From positions 1 to 25,093 of IMG/VR virus record IMGVR_UViG_3300017909_005178: a stretch of DNA of 25,093 nucleotides; one strand, 5' to 3'. Below the pieces are notes generated by a model. The model had not been told where the DNA came from. It saw only the letters and a program-made list of their open reading frames with translations, and did no database searches. The DNA is from a virus (lineage: Duplodnaviria > Caudoviricetes). Below are positions 1 through 7,753 of this stretch, piece by piece. Positions within the stretch are counted from its first letter, which is position 1. Every line of letters begins with the position of its first letter. The position numbers and the translations under genes are program-made.

Positions 1-866
1 GGAAGTTCATCAACATCAGCATTAAAGGCAATACCAATAGTGTCAGCACCCGATCCGCCCACAAAAGAATCAACACCATCGCCACCATTTATGATAAGCA
101 TCTCATCGATGATAAGCATCTCATCATTAGTTTCTACTTCAATTTCTGTAAAATCATCTTCTGGAAGTTCAGCAATCTCTGGCAGTTCATTGCTGTCTGG
201 CGAAGCAGTCATCCTTGGCGGGGGGGCGGGAACAAATTCTCGAATAGGCACCAAATGTTCTTGTCTCACTTCATAACTTGGGGGAACATAAGGACCAACA
301 GTTTCTACTGCTACATCATCAACTGTGGGTTCTGGAGTGGGTTCTGGAGTGGGTTCTGGAATGGGTTCTAGAGTTGTTGTGTCTCTCAAAACAAGATTGA
401 AATCAACTACTTCGGGTTGAGATAAATTGGGACTAATTGAGTCATAGAATCCGTTAGATTTAATGTGAGAAACTTTATCTCCCTCCATAATATCATCTTC
501 TCCAAATGTATATTCCCAGGAAGCGACACCATTCTCATCAATTCTTGACCAATTAAAAAGAATTGGTGGACCTGGGGGTGCAATATGATGAGGAGTAGGA
601 TAAGAACTTAAATCAATAGAATCTATTTCACCACCACTAATCATCCTAATTACATCGCCTGGTTTGTGCCTAAACCAACTTGATCCTTTAGGACCATCAA
701 TATCCACATCAATTACTTCTGGATTGTAAAAAGGAGTTGGAGTGTCGTTGAAAGAATTGCGATAAAAATTGGAGGCATCAAATGTAAATTTGACGGTTTC
801 TCCTTCATAAACATCAACGAATTGACCTCGTACATCTTCGAGGCGAATCTCTCTGGATGTAAACAT
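1..866 (-). CDS. Protein with Pro-Glu-Pro-Thr linker and RTX-like Ca-binding nonapeptides; runs off the left edge (not in the ORF track)
   Basis: Hand translation from ATG 866 is open to the edge: MFTSREIRLEDVRGQFVDVYEGETVKF...EPIPEPTPEPTPEPT...DEMLIIDEMLIINGGDGVDSFVGGSGADTIGIAFNADVDEL. AAGGA SD-like element and promoter upstream. Confidence 0.8.
   Translation of the reverse strand, partial: MFTSREIRLEDVRGQFVDVYEGETVKFTFDASNFYRNSFNDTPTPFYNPEVIDVDIDGPKGSSWFRHKPGDVIRMISGGEIDSIDLSSYPTPHHIAPPGPPILFNWSRIDENGVASWEYTFGEDDIMEGDKVSHIKSNGFYDSISPNLSQPEVVDFNLVLRDTTTLEPIPEPTPEPTPEPTVDDVAVETVGPYVPPSYEVRQEHLVPIREFVPAPPPRMTASPDSNELPEIAELPEDDFTEIEVETNDEMLIIDEMLIINGGDGVDSFVGGSGADTIGIAFNADVDEL
325..369. repeat. 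12-bp tandem repeat (GTGGGTTCTGGA, ~3.5 copies) encoding PEPT
   Basis: Seen directly; in frame with the 1..866 CDS. Confidence 0.9.
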
Positions 867-917
867 GAAATGGTCCTTTGATAAATTTGAGATTTAGTCC
901 AATGATCCGTGGAGGAT

Positions 918-992
918 CGCTTGACTTATGAATAGAATAGCAGTCCCAGGGAAACCGGGGAAGTGGGTGTGCCACAGGTTCGAGTGGCACAC
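918..992 (-). promoter_or_regulatory. Early-type promoter: inverted repeat GTGTGCCAC-N8-GTGGCACAC plus extended -10 TGCTATTCT
   Basis: Perfect 9-bp IR at 967-975/984-992; -10 at 934-942; followed by AAGTCAAGCG. Confidence 0.7.
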
Positions 993-1005
993 ATTCTTTA
1001 CTCTT

Positions 1006-1326
1006 TCAATTCGGTGCTTTTATCTTTCCAGATTTCTGAAGAATAAGATCAAAAGCATGGTAATATGCCTCTAACCAAGTATCATAAACTCCCAGTGTTT
1101 TTGTGACTTGAGATAAAACATTTCCGTTGTCATGGTATGCAGTTACTGCGGTTAAAGTAAGTGCAAATTGATCTACACTTTCATCGCCAACATACGGGGC
1201 AGAATGTGTGATAGCGAAGTCACTATTCTCCTTGAAGCGATATACCGAACGGGTGTTCATGTGAAGCGCGGTTACATCATCACCGAAACTGGTTTCTGCT
1301 TTCCAACCTTGTCTGAAGAGTGACAT
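1006..1326 (-). CDS. Hypothetical protein (likely start MSLFRQ at 1326)
   Basis: ORF track 1006..1368; AGGAG SD before ATG 1326; the longer start lies inside a hairpin. Confidence 0.75.
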   Translation of the reverse strand: MSLFRQGWKAETSFGDDVTALHMNTRSVYRFKENSDFAITHSAPYVGDESVDQFALTLTAVTAYHDNGNVLSQVTKTLGVYDTWLEAYYHAFDLILQKSGKIKAPN

Positions 1327-1344
1327 AAAATCTCCTGAGTGAGT

Positions 1345-1377
1345 AAAATGGATGTAGTTGAAATTCAACTACATCCA
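1345..1377 (-). terminator. Intrinsic terminator-like hairpin
   Basis: TGGATGTAGTTGAA/TTCAACTACATCCA perfect 14-bp IR followed by TTTT on the minus strand. Confidence 0.65.
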
Positions 1378-1598
1378 CAGATCCGTGGATCAGGTAAACA
1401 CCGGATTGTGAAGAATCCGGAAGTCGTCTTCCCATCGAGAGAAGAAGACCCAGGTACGATCAACATACCTGCTCGTCTTCCGCAAGTACCACCTGTCCTC
1501 GGCAGTCAACCGAGGACAGGAGAAAGATGAACTGCGGTACGATTGACCGCTTGAGATGTAGAAAGTCCGATGTCTCATGAAACATAACCGCTTGACTT
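1345..1598 (-). ncRNA. Putative ~250-nt structured RNA or attenuating leader
   Basis: At least five hairpins between a promoter (1603-1661) and a terminator hairpin; see findings. Confidence 0.55.
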
Positions 1599-1602
1599 AG
1601 AT

Positions 1603-1661
1603 ATAGTATCCAAGGTCAGCGGAATAGCGTAGATGATAATGCCACTTAAATAATTGGCACA
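1603..1661 (-). promoter_or_regulatory. Early-type promoter (TGTGCCAATT..AAGTGGCA plus -10 TACTAT)
   Basis: IR at 1640-1659, -10 at 1603-1608, followed by the same AAGTCAAGCG as at 918-927. Confidence 0.65.
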
Positions 1662-1668
1662 AGTAGCA

Positions 1669-1989
1669 TCAAATACGCTCGGATTTTTGAGCAAATCTAT
1701 CAAATGCAAATTTATTTGAATCTTTATCCGTATTGAGAACAACATAACCCTGGGGAAAATCACCAATCTGCCAAATATAAGCAGTGCATCCGTATGTTGT
1801 TCCATCGGCGTTAATCACAACAGGATAAACTCCTGTCTCTACATCAAATCCAGTAAGTGAAACAATCAAATCATATCCTGCCACATTCTCTATCTCTCCA
1901 TGAAGATAGATCCTGTCAAGACCATAATATCTCTGACCTTCTGGTAGATCAGGTGCAGTGTTATCGGCAAACCATAGAGTGTGTTTCAT
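1669..1989 (-). CDS. Hypothetical protein
   Basis: ORF track; tight spacing with neighbour; plausible composition. Confidence 0.75.
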   Translation of the reverse strand: MKHTLWFADNTAPDLPEGQRYYGLDRIYLHGEIENVAGYDLIVSLTGFDVETGVYPVVINADGTTYGCTAYIWQIGDFPQGYVVLNTDKDSNKFAFDRFAQKSERI

Positions 1990-1992
1990 TGA

Positions 1993-2415
1993 TTAAACAG
2001 TGGGGAGGGGTTCAGTTTGACCATAGTTTTTATCATATTGTCTTGTGTTATAGCATTTCCATCCAGAATAAGGTTTGTAGACATACAAATACTCTACGCC
2101 ATCTTGTTCACACAATTCCAGCAATTTCTCCATCCCTAAACAGATTTGTGCATCTGCCTTTTCTCCCCGATCTGTATAATACTGGGGACCATAATCGGAA
2201 ACTTCGATGCCACAACCGTTTTTTTGCCATCTTTTATTTGTCCAACATGATGACATATCCCCCCCTGCAACCAGTTTTGTCGCTCTAACCCTGTTGCCAT
2301 AGTGCTCCTGCAATTTTGCACCCAACCAACTAGGATAACCATCCCAATGATGATAAGCAGAAGTGAAAACTTTTGCGCTGCGATCAGTGAACGCAATTCG
2401 TGCTCTGGTGCCCAC
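1993..2415 (-). CDS. Conserved phage hypothetical protein (TRxRI...YHHWDGYP family), likely GTG start at 2415
   Basis: Motif GTRARI...YHHWDGYPSWLG resembles a family recurrent in T4-like phages (from recall); AAGGAG SD precedes GTG 2415. Confidence 0.8.
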   Translation of the reverse strand: MGTRARIAFTDRSAKVFTSAYHHWDGYPSWLGAKLQEHYGNRVRATKLVAGGDMSSCWTNKRWQKNGCGIEVSDYGPQYYTDRGEKADAQICLGMEKLLELCEQDGVEYLYVYKPYSGWKCYNTRQYDKNYGQTEPLPTV

Positions 2416-2427
2416 GATGCTCCTTTG

Positions 2428-2499
2428 GTTGACTTTTTTAATATAATAGGGTCTCAGATTGTTTGCCAGTGTTGTTGTGACACCACGTAAATTGGAACA
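2428..2499 (-). promoter_or_regulatory. Early-type promoter (TGTTCCAAT..GTGTCACA plus -10 TATTAT)
   Basis: Motif at 2476-2499, -10 at 2443-2448, AAGTCAA near the predicted start. Confidence 0.6.
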
Positions 2500-2515
2500 T
2501 GAAGTATTGAAAGAC

Positions 2516-2542
2516 AAAAAAAAGTGCGCTCATGAGCGCACT
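2516..2542 (-). terminator. Intrinsic terminator
   Basis: AGTGCGCTC-AT-GAGCGCACT stem running into a T8 tract. Confidence 0.85.
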
Positions 2543-2592
2543 CTGCGAATCAAACGGAGCGATGCCGAGAGGACCATTCCCGATACCGACCT
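2516..2592 (-). ncRNA. Putative ~75-nt small RNA
   Basis: Extended -10 TGTTATACT at 2597-2605, internal hairpin, own terminator, no credible ORF. Confidence 0.5.
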
Positions 2593-2636
2593 TTGTAGTA
2601 TAACAGGACGCGGGAGCAGGTGAGTGACCTGGACTA

Positions 2637-2834
2637 TCATTTAGCGAGGAGAACATTCAGAGTTTCTTCGCCATAGTGATCAAGGATCTCTCCCTTGATT
2701 TCATCCTCTGTCCATGTTTCCATGTTGTGAGCAATACTCTCAACAGCAAATGTGATGAGATCGCTCAGATCCATACCATCCACAATGTGGAGGGCATAGT
2801 TATCTTTGAGAGTGTCGAGTTGTTTTTCAGTCAT
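2637..2834 (-). CDS. Small acidic hypothetical protein
   Basis: ORF track; typical small phage ORF. Confidence 0.8.
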   Translation of the reverse strand: MTEKQLDTLKDNYALHIVDGMDLSDLITFAVESIAHNMETWTEDEIKGEILDHYGEETLNVLLAK

Positions 2835-2928
2835 AGGTTTCAGCAGCGAAAGTGATTAGGATCAGAACAGACATTAGCATTGCTGGCGATAATAGCAATA
2901 CCAGGATTTTAAGTTCTTCAAAAGTCAA
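2827..2928 (-). CDS. Putative 33-aa single-TM peptide (MTFEELKILVLLLSPAMLMSVLILITFAAETYD)
   Basis: Hand translation, TTG start; fills the gap between flanking genes; below the ORF-track cut-off. Confidence 0.45.
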   Translation of the reverse strand: MTFEELKILVLLLSPAMLMSVLILITFAAETYD

Positions 2929-2937
2929 TGTGTTTAA

Positions 2938-3147
2938 TTAGCGGAGAACATTTACAAATTCAATAGAATTGATGCACCAACCTGTTGATGATGTAATTTC
3001 TTCAATGAGATCATCATCATCGTCTGCTTCCCAAATAGTGTTACAAGTTTCTGCAACAATTAGTTTTTGTTCTTCTACTGGCAGTGCTTCATCAGGAAAC
3101 ACATCGTCAGTAAAATCAAACTCAATTTGTGTGACTTGGAATTGCAT
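2938..3147 (-). CDS. Small acidic conserved phage protein (WEADDDDDLIEEIT..TGWCI)
   Basis: ORF track; motif resembles cyanophage small proteins (recall). Confidence 0.8.
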   Translation of the reverse strand: MQFQVTQIEFDFTDDVFPDEALPVEEQKLIVAETCNTIWEADDDDDLIEEITSSTGWCINSIEFVNVLR

Positions 3148-3154
3148 AATCAGT

Positions 3155-3328
3155 TTAATGAATCTTTGAACGGATGTCCTTCATCCAGATCTCACTATTT
3201 TCTTTCTTCTTTTGCTGCTGCATGAGAGTTGCAATTTTTCTGCGATCTCTCGCATTTGTGATGTCCAGTCCATGTTGTTTGATCAGTTCATTGCGTCGTT
3301 CACGGGAAGATTTTTCTCTGGACCCCAT
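3155..3328 (-). CDS. Small basic hypothetical protein (likely start MGSREK)
   Basis: ORF track 3155..3385; the upstream part overlaps a terminator hairpin. Confidence 0.6.
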   Translation of the reverse strand: MGSREKSSRERRNELIKQHGLDITNARDRRKIATLMQQQKKKENSEIWMKDIRSKIH

Positions 3329-3355
3329 CGAAATAGAAAAGCATTGTTTACAAAG

Positions 3356-3380
3356 AAAAAGGGGACAATTATGCCCCCTC
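3356..3380 (-). terminator. Intrinsic terminator
   Basis: GAGGGGGCA-TAAT-TGTCCCCTT then a T run. Confidence 0.7.
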
Positions 3381-3445
3381 GGCATCTTCCGTCTTGACCT
3401 GTGTGACCTGGGACTTACCTTAAAAAAGTGCCCAGTGATTAAATC

Positions 3446-3721
3446 TCATGCAATCACCTCGATGATCTTATTCAAACGCCGAGTCATACGGATTCTTCCA
3501 AAATGATTCCGACAAAACTCATTTAGTTTAGAAACATCTGGATCAACTTTACTTGCTTGTGCGCCAACTTTCTGTGAAACTTTACGGAATCTAACTCCGA
3601 AAAAGTCCTCAATCTCATTAAGTCGCACATCATTACATTCACTCATAGCGAGAATGATTGCATGAATAGCATCACATTCATCGGGAGTGAGTTTGGTCTG
3701 GTCCTCGGTAGGGATGAACAT
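3446..3721 (-). CDS. Hypothetical protein
   Basis: ORF track; ATG start; operon-like spacing. Confidence 0.75.
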   Translation of the reverse strand: MFIPTEDQTKLTPDECDAIHAIILAMSECNDVRLNEIEDFFGVRFRKVSQKVGAQASKVDPDVSKLNEFCRNHFGRIRMTRRLNKIIEVIA

Positions 3722-3733
3722 AATCTGATAGGA

Positions 3734-4177
3734 TTAGTGGAAAAATGAACAGGATCGATCTTTGCCTGTTACTCGTATTGTGCCAACCCGATCAGGGGTG
3801 TGCAAGGGGGAGTGTTGATTATCGGACATTTTATTGTCAATCTGTGCTTCCTGATACTTACCATCTTCCCCTGGCACCATACTCCCTGGGCGCAAGTTCA
3901 AGAACTTTGTTGGTTGCTTATTGGTGCTATATCTGCCATCAGTATATTGATGTTTTCTAATAAATTCGGCAATCTTATCTCCATCATAGTGTGCAAATAC
4001 AGTTTCATAAGCACAACCGCCATGTTCAGCAGTGTACCTGCGATTCACAAATTGTATGCAAGTTAAACGCCTTCCATCTCTTGCATTTCCTCTCTGGTAT
4101 ATTCTTTTCTTGAAAACTGAGGTTGCAGAGCGAGTTTGGGGATCAATATCCCAGGAAAGGTGATCACGGGCAGACAT
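3734..4177 (-). CDS. Hypothetical protein
   Basis: ORF track. Confidence 0.7.
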   Translation of the reverse strand: MSARDHLSWDIDPQTRSATSVFKKRIYQRGNARDGRRLTCIQFVNRRYTAEHGGCAYETVFAHYDGDKIAEFIRKHQYTDGRYSTNKQPTKFLNLRPGSMVPGEDGKYQEAQIDNKMSDNQHSPLHTPDRVGTIRVTGKDRSCSFFH

Positions 4178-4192
4178 AATTCAATCAGTCAA

Positions 4193-4423
4193 TCAGTCAG
4201 TCAACCCAGGTGTAAATTCATTGATTTCCACTTCTTCATCGATACGATCGAATGGGATTATGGAGTGGAGACGAGACATTGCATCAGCGTAGATCTTCTC
4301 GTCTGCTGGTGATAATTCTTCGCCATGTTCACACATAGCGTCCCAAATCATTGACCAACATGCTGTAGGCATGTATTCTCGAACGACGCCTTGATGGGAG
4401 AGTTGCATGATTGAATCGAACAT
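4193..4423 (-). CDS. Small acidic hypothetical protein
   Basis: ORF track. Confidence 0.75.
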   Translation of the reverse strand: MFDSIMQLSHQGVVREYMPTACWSMIWDAMCEHGEELSPADEKIYADAMSRLHSIIPFDRIDEEVEINEFTPGLTD

Positions 4424-4427
4424 GGTG

Positions 4428-4468
4428 AAAAAAGCGAAAATGAAACTGCCCCAGATTTTTCTGGGGCA
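4428..4468 (-). terminator. Terminator-like hairpin
   Basis: TGCCCCAGA-N4-TCTGGGGCA followed by a T-rich tract. Confidence 0.55.
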
Positions 4469-4477
4469 TTTGTGTAA

Positions 4478-5257
4478 TCAGAACAGAGATTTCTTATTTT
4501 CGATTACACATTCAATGCCATGCTTATGAACACAATATACAAGTTTTTCTGCTTCTTCATAAGTTAAGAACGGATCGATGACATTTTCCTGACAAAGTAA
4601 CCAAATTTGAGGACCGTTCAAATTGATAGAATACCTCACAGCATTATCAGTTTTAATGTTCTTGTGTGCATACTCACCGAAAATCCTGAAGAACGCATCA
4701 CGATTGCAGGGGAGTTGGTCAATCATCACATTATTTTCATGTTTTTTAATCATCAGAAGATCCCACAACACAATCCCCATACGATTAAAAGATTGAAGCA
4801 TTACTTTATCTCTTCGACTATGCTGACGATTCTTCAGCATCTTTAGACAAATTTGACGATCATTATCATTTATTACCGGGAACATCCTCCAAATACTATT
4901 TACTGCCATCGACAATCCAAGCATATTTTTAGAAATGTTTCTCCTGTGTGTTGTTGGGAAAAGAGAATTAGAACGGTCAATAGTGAATGGATATTTTTTC
5001 TCCAATTCACTAAACAAAGGCACACTTGAAATATAGTTTTGAATTTCTGGATCTTCGATCTCGTATGGTGAAAGATCCACTTTGTTATTGAAGAAGCACT
5101 CCTGAAGAGAGATTCCAGTTTGGTTTGCAAGTTGACGATAAATGTCAAATGCCTTAACATTTTGCCTGACGAGATCCCAATCGATTTTTGTGAATGAATC
5201 GATCGAAGTTGGTTCAATAGTTGAAGATGTGGTGCTGGATTGAGTGAAAAATGTCAC
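4478..5257 (-). CDS. Hypothetical protein (259 aa)
   Basis: Long ORF; promoter motif at 5288-5343. Confidence 0.8.
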   Translation of the reverse strand: MTFFTQSSTTSSTIEPTSIDSFTKIDWDLVRQNVKAFDIYRQLANQTGISLQECFFNNKVDLSPYEIEDPEIQNYISSVPLFSELEKKYPFTIDRSNSLFPTTHRRNISKNMLGLSMAVNSIWRMFPVINDNDRQICLKMLKNRQHSRRDKVMLQSFNRMGIVLWDLLMIKKHENNVMIDQLPCNRDAFFRIFGEYAHKNIKTDNAVRYSINLNGPQIWLLCQENVIDPFLTYEEAEKLVYCVHKHGIECVIENKKSLF

Positions 5258-5287
5258 TTGATGTGGAAGAAAAGTTCTTACATATAA

Positions 5288-5343
5288 ATTCTAAAGATCT
5301 TACTATTACAGTCCATGGTCACTGTGACACTCGATCAACTGGT
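5288..5343 (-). promoter_or_regulatory. Early-type promoter (ACCAGTT..GTGTCACA plus -10 TAGAAT)
   Basis: Motif at 5323-5343; -10 at 5288-5293. Confidence 0.55.
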
Positions 5344-5597
5344 TTCCTGGTCAATCTGTTCAATAAAAACTTTTCAAACCATTCACCATAATTCTGTTCC
5401 AAATTCTTTCTTACATTGGTATAATCAGTCGTATAGTATATTTGTTCCGTCTCTGAGTAATCTACAACATATATGTCATCTTTCATTCTAAAAATTGTTG
5501 CATATTTCTCATATACACCACGAATAGGTGTATAAACGAAATACTCTATCTCCTCCGCCAATGACTTTGACGGTTGCACATATTCAAATGGAATCAT
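5319..5597 (-). CDS. Hypothetical protein
   Basis: ORF track; ATGA overlap with the upstream ORF. Confidence 0.75.
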   Translation of the reverse strand: MIPFEYVQPSKSLAEEIEYFVYTPIRGVYEKYATIFRMKDDIYVVDYSETEQIYYTTDYTNVRKNLEQNYGEWFEKFLLNRLTRKPVDRVSQ

Positions 5598-5773
5598 GAG
5601 AACATCCGCTGCATGTTGGTCTGGTCACGAATCATGATCCGCAAAAGATCCTGGTCTCGTGGAGAAACAGAGTTATAGTTCTGCTTCATTTGAATTACAC
5701 TATTCTCCAGTGCGTGTCTAATGTGAGTACGCTGCATCTGAGATAAACTGAGAATGAATGTTTTCTTGGTCAT
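5594..5773 (-). CDS. 59-aa hypothetical protein (MTKKTFILSLSQMQRTHIRHALE...)
   Basis: Hand translation; stop overlaps the next ATG; not in the ORF track. Confidence 0.65.
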   Translation of the reverse strand: MTKKTFILSLSQMQRTHIRHALENSVIQMKQNYNSVSPRDQDLLRIMIRDQTNMQRMFS

Positions 5774-5854
5774 GGGATTACATGCGATGAGTTGTTGTGT
5801 GAGATGTACTATGAATGATGATCAAAATACTGATCAAAGAGATGATTGTATGGG

Positions 5855-6091
5855 TCATTTGTTCCCCAGAATCGAGTCAATTCCGTCACCAATACGCTCT
5901 CCAAAGGATTCTGATTGAGTTTCTGGTGCAACAATTTCACCAGCGGAAAATAGGAGTTGAGAGAGATAGGATCGTGACGGTTCATGATTCCAGATAACGA
6001 AACCAACGAACAAGAGAAGAGCAAAACGCATGTAAAATTTGATCCAAATTGAGCGGAGATGTGAGTATGAAAGTGACGATTTTCTGCTCAT
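5855..6091 (-). CDS. Small membrane protein
   Basis: Hydrophobic segment FALLLFVGFVIW; ATGA overlap. Confidence 0.65.
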   Translation of the reverse strand: MSRKSSLSYSHLRSIWIKFYMRFALLLFVGFVIWNHEPSRSYLSQLLFSAGEIVAPETQSESFGERIGDGIDSILGNK

Positions 6092-6399
6092 GGGAGAAGT
6101 GTCTGGAGGGACTGAATCGTCTTCAATAGAATAGTCCGATTCTCTAAATTGGACTTCCTTAGTTGCTTATATCTTTCTATAGAAGTCATTTTCATTTCTT
6201 CATGTAGATATGTATTTGTAACAGCACCATCAAGTTGCTTGACAACATTCTCCACAATTTGAATGTACTTTTGTTGCTGTCCTATTTGACAATTCAAGTC
6301 ATGGAGACCATCAATGGTATTATCCCATTGTGAATTTTCTGGTGCAAATTGCTTGACTAATTCGATTGTCTTTTGTAGATCATCGATTGACAGTTTCAT
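6088..6399 (-). CDS. Hypothetical helical protein
   Basis: ORF track. Confidence 0.75.
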   Translation of the reverse strand: MKLSIDDLQKTIELVKQFAPENSQWDNTIDGLHDLNCQIGQQQKYIQIVENVVKQLDGAVTNTYLHEEMKMTSIERYKQLRKSNLENRTILLKTIQSLQTLLP

Positions 6400-6904
6400 A
6401 GCACTTTACAGAATTGGATTTTTGCTTCATCCATTGATTTAATGAAGCACGCTCAACAAATTTAGAAGTAACTTCTTTTGAATATAGCGTCTTTGGAGTT
6501 TCTTTTGTTCCCCTAAGTTTACTCCCAATGCTTTTGTTATTCTGCGTATGAGTCATCAAATAGTCACCAGTAAATTCTGCTCTCTCAAACAATTCTCCCC
6601 TCTGATATTCATCAAAGATATTGCCTTTGATGAGATCGCATGAAGAATAAACATTGCCTGTCTGATGATTGATGTAACAATGCAATTCTTTACCGACCTT
6701 ATTCTTGGCAGTTACTAATGATGAATGGATTGCCATCAATTTGATGTACTTCCCAGTTGGAATTTCGCAACAGAAACAAAGATCACTCCTACCAGTTTTG
6801 TTAAAATAATCTTCATTTAGAATTGTAACATAGTTCATAACGTAATTCCAACATTCGCATATATTGTTGAATTTGAGCATCTGCGTTTCAATGTGAGAGT
6901 TCAT
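6380..6904 (-). CDS. Hypothetical protein (GKYIKL...HCYINHQTGNVY)
   Basis: ORF track; sigma70 promoter directly upstream. Confidence 0.75.
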   Translation of the reverse strand: MNSHIETQMLKFNNICECWNYVMNYVTILNEDYFNKTGRSDLCFCCEIPTGKYIKLMAIHSSLVTAKNKVGKELHCYINHQTGNVYSSCDLIKGNIFDEYQRGELFERAEFTGDYLMTHTQNNKSIGSKLRGTKETPKTLYSKEVTSKFVERASLNQWMKQKSNSVKCYETVNR

Positions 6905-6933
6905 AAAAATCCATTGAATTGATGTAATAATAC

Positions 6934-6962
6934 ATTATGAGCGAATGTGGATATAAAGTCAA
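6934..6962 (-). promoter_or_regulatory. sigma70-type promoter TTGACT-N17-CATAAT
   Basis: Seen directly in an intergenic gap. Confidence 0.7.
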
Positions 6963-6977
6963 GGATGACTGTGACGA

Positions 6978-7496
6978 TCATGCAACCGTCGCCCAAGAGA
7001 ACAATTCGGTTTCTCTTTTCTTCTTAAATGTGCCAATGGGATGACCGGCGACTCTTTCCCTAGTAGCAAAAATGGAGTCAAAATCTCCGACAGGTTCACC
7101 ATCGACATAAAGAAAGTAAGACGGATTTTTACTATCAGTGCGCTTTCTTAGGAACCTAATTTTATGTGGAGTGGTGAGATAGCATGATTGGAAAAACACA
7201 TCCATGAGTTTCCAGTTGTTGTTCCTAACCAATGCCCACAATCGATCATCATGAGCGTAATGAGCGGGAGTGTTAGGATAGCAAATTTCCATCATATTAT
7301 TTCCCACCCTGGCAAGAACCTGCCCATGCGACGACCAAATCGAGCAAGAATTGAAGCGATCATACTCTATTTTATACCTTCCTCTCTCATGTTCGACCGT
7401 AGTGTGTTCTTCAATAGCGTTAAATATGCTATCGAGATCATAATCACCCAGCAAATTGGGGTTAATTTTGTTCCAATCGATCAATTTGTCTCTCAC
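6978..7496 (-). CDS. Hypothetical protein
   Basis: ORF track; GTGA overlap with the upstream gene. Confidence 0.75.
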   Translation of the reverse strand: MRDKLIDWNKINPNLLGDYDLDSIFNAIEEHTTVEHERGRYKIEYDRFNSCSIWSSHGQVLARVGNNMMEICYPNTPAHYAHDDRLWALVRNNNWKLMDVFFQSCYLTTPHKIRFLRKRTDSKNPSYFLYVDGEPVGDFDSIFATRERVAGHPIGTFKKKRETELFSWATVA

Positions 7497-7720
7497 AGCA
7501 GTTTACCTTGTTTGATAGGTTGGCAGGTGTAAGCATCGCCCAGGAATGTGTCTGCGATGATCAGAGTGTGTGTTCCTGATTTCAGTTTACATTCATCTTT
7601 TGCATTAGGATTGAAGAATACAAACTGACCAGTGATACAAATGAACGCCATCGTCATTGCCCCGAAACTAAAAGGAACAAGTGAATCAATCAAATCGTAG
7701 TCGAGTAGAAGTTTTTTCAT
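7493..7720 (-). CDS. Small membrane protein with Cys-containing C-terminal part
   Basis: TM segment SLVPFSFGAMTMAFICITGQFVFF. Confidence 0.75.
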   Translation of the reverse strand: MKKLLLDYDLIDSLVPFSFGAMTMAFICITGQFVFFNPNAKDECKLKSGTHTLIIADTFLGDAYTCQPIKQGKLL

Positions 7721-7753
7721 TGTTTTAGGAAAAGGGAGAACTTGCTAATATGA

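Noticed and set aside
217-230. G-run as a G-quadruplex or phase-variable tract
   Set aside because: Explained by Pro codons (PAPPPR) on the minus strand; the reading frame is intact.
1339-1578. ORFs 1390..1578(-) and 1339..1530(+) as proteins
   Set aside because: No clear SD, atypical composition, and they coincide with dense hairpins. The minus-strand ORF is not fully excluded as a leader peptide.
3385-3400. GACGGAAG as part of a glnA glutamine riboswitch
   Set aside because: The flanking conserved elements I recall for that motif are not evident; better explained by complementarity to 2550-2574.
4183-4204. AATCAGTC/CAGT micro-repeats
   Set aside because: Very short low-complexity stretch at a gene junction with no evidence of function.
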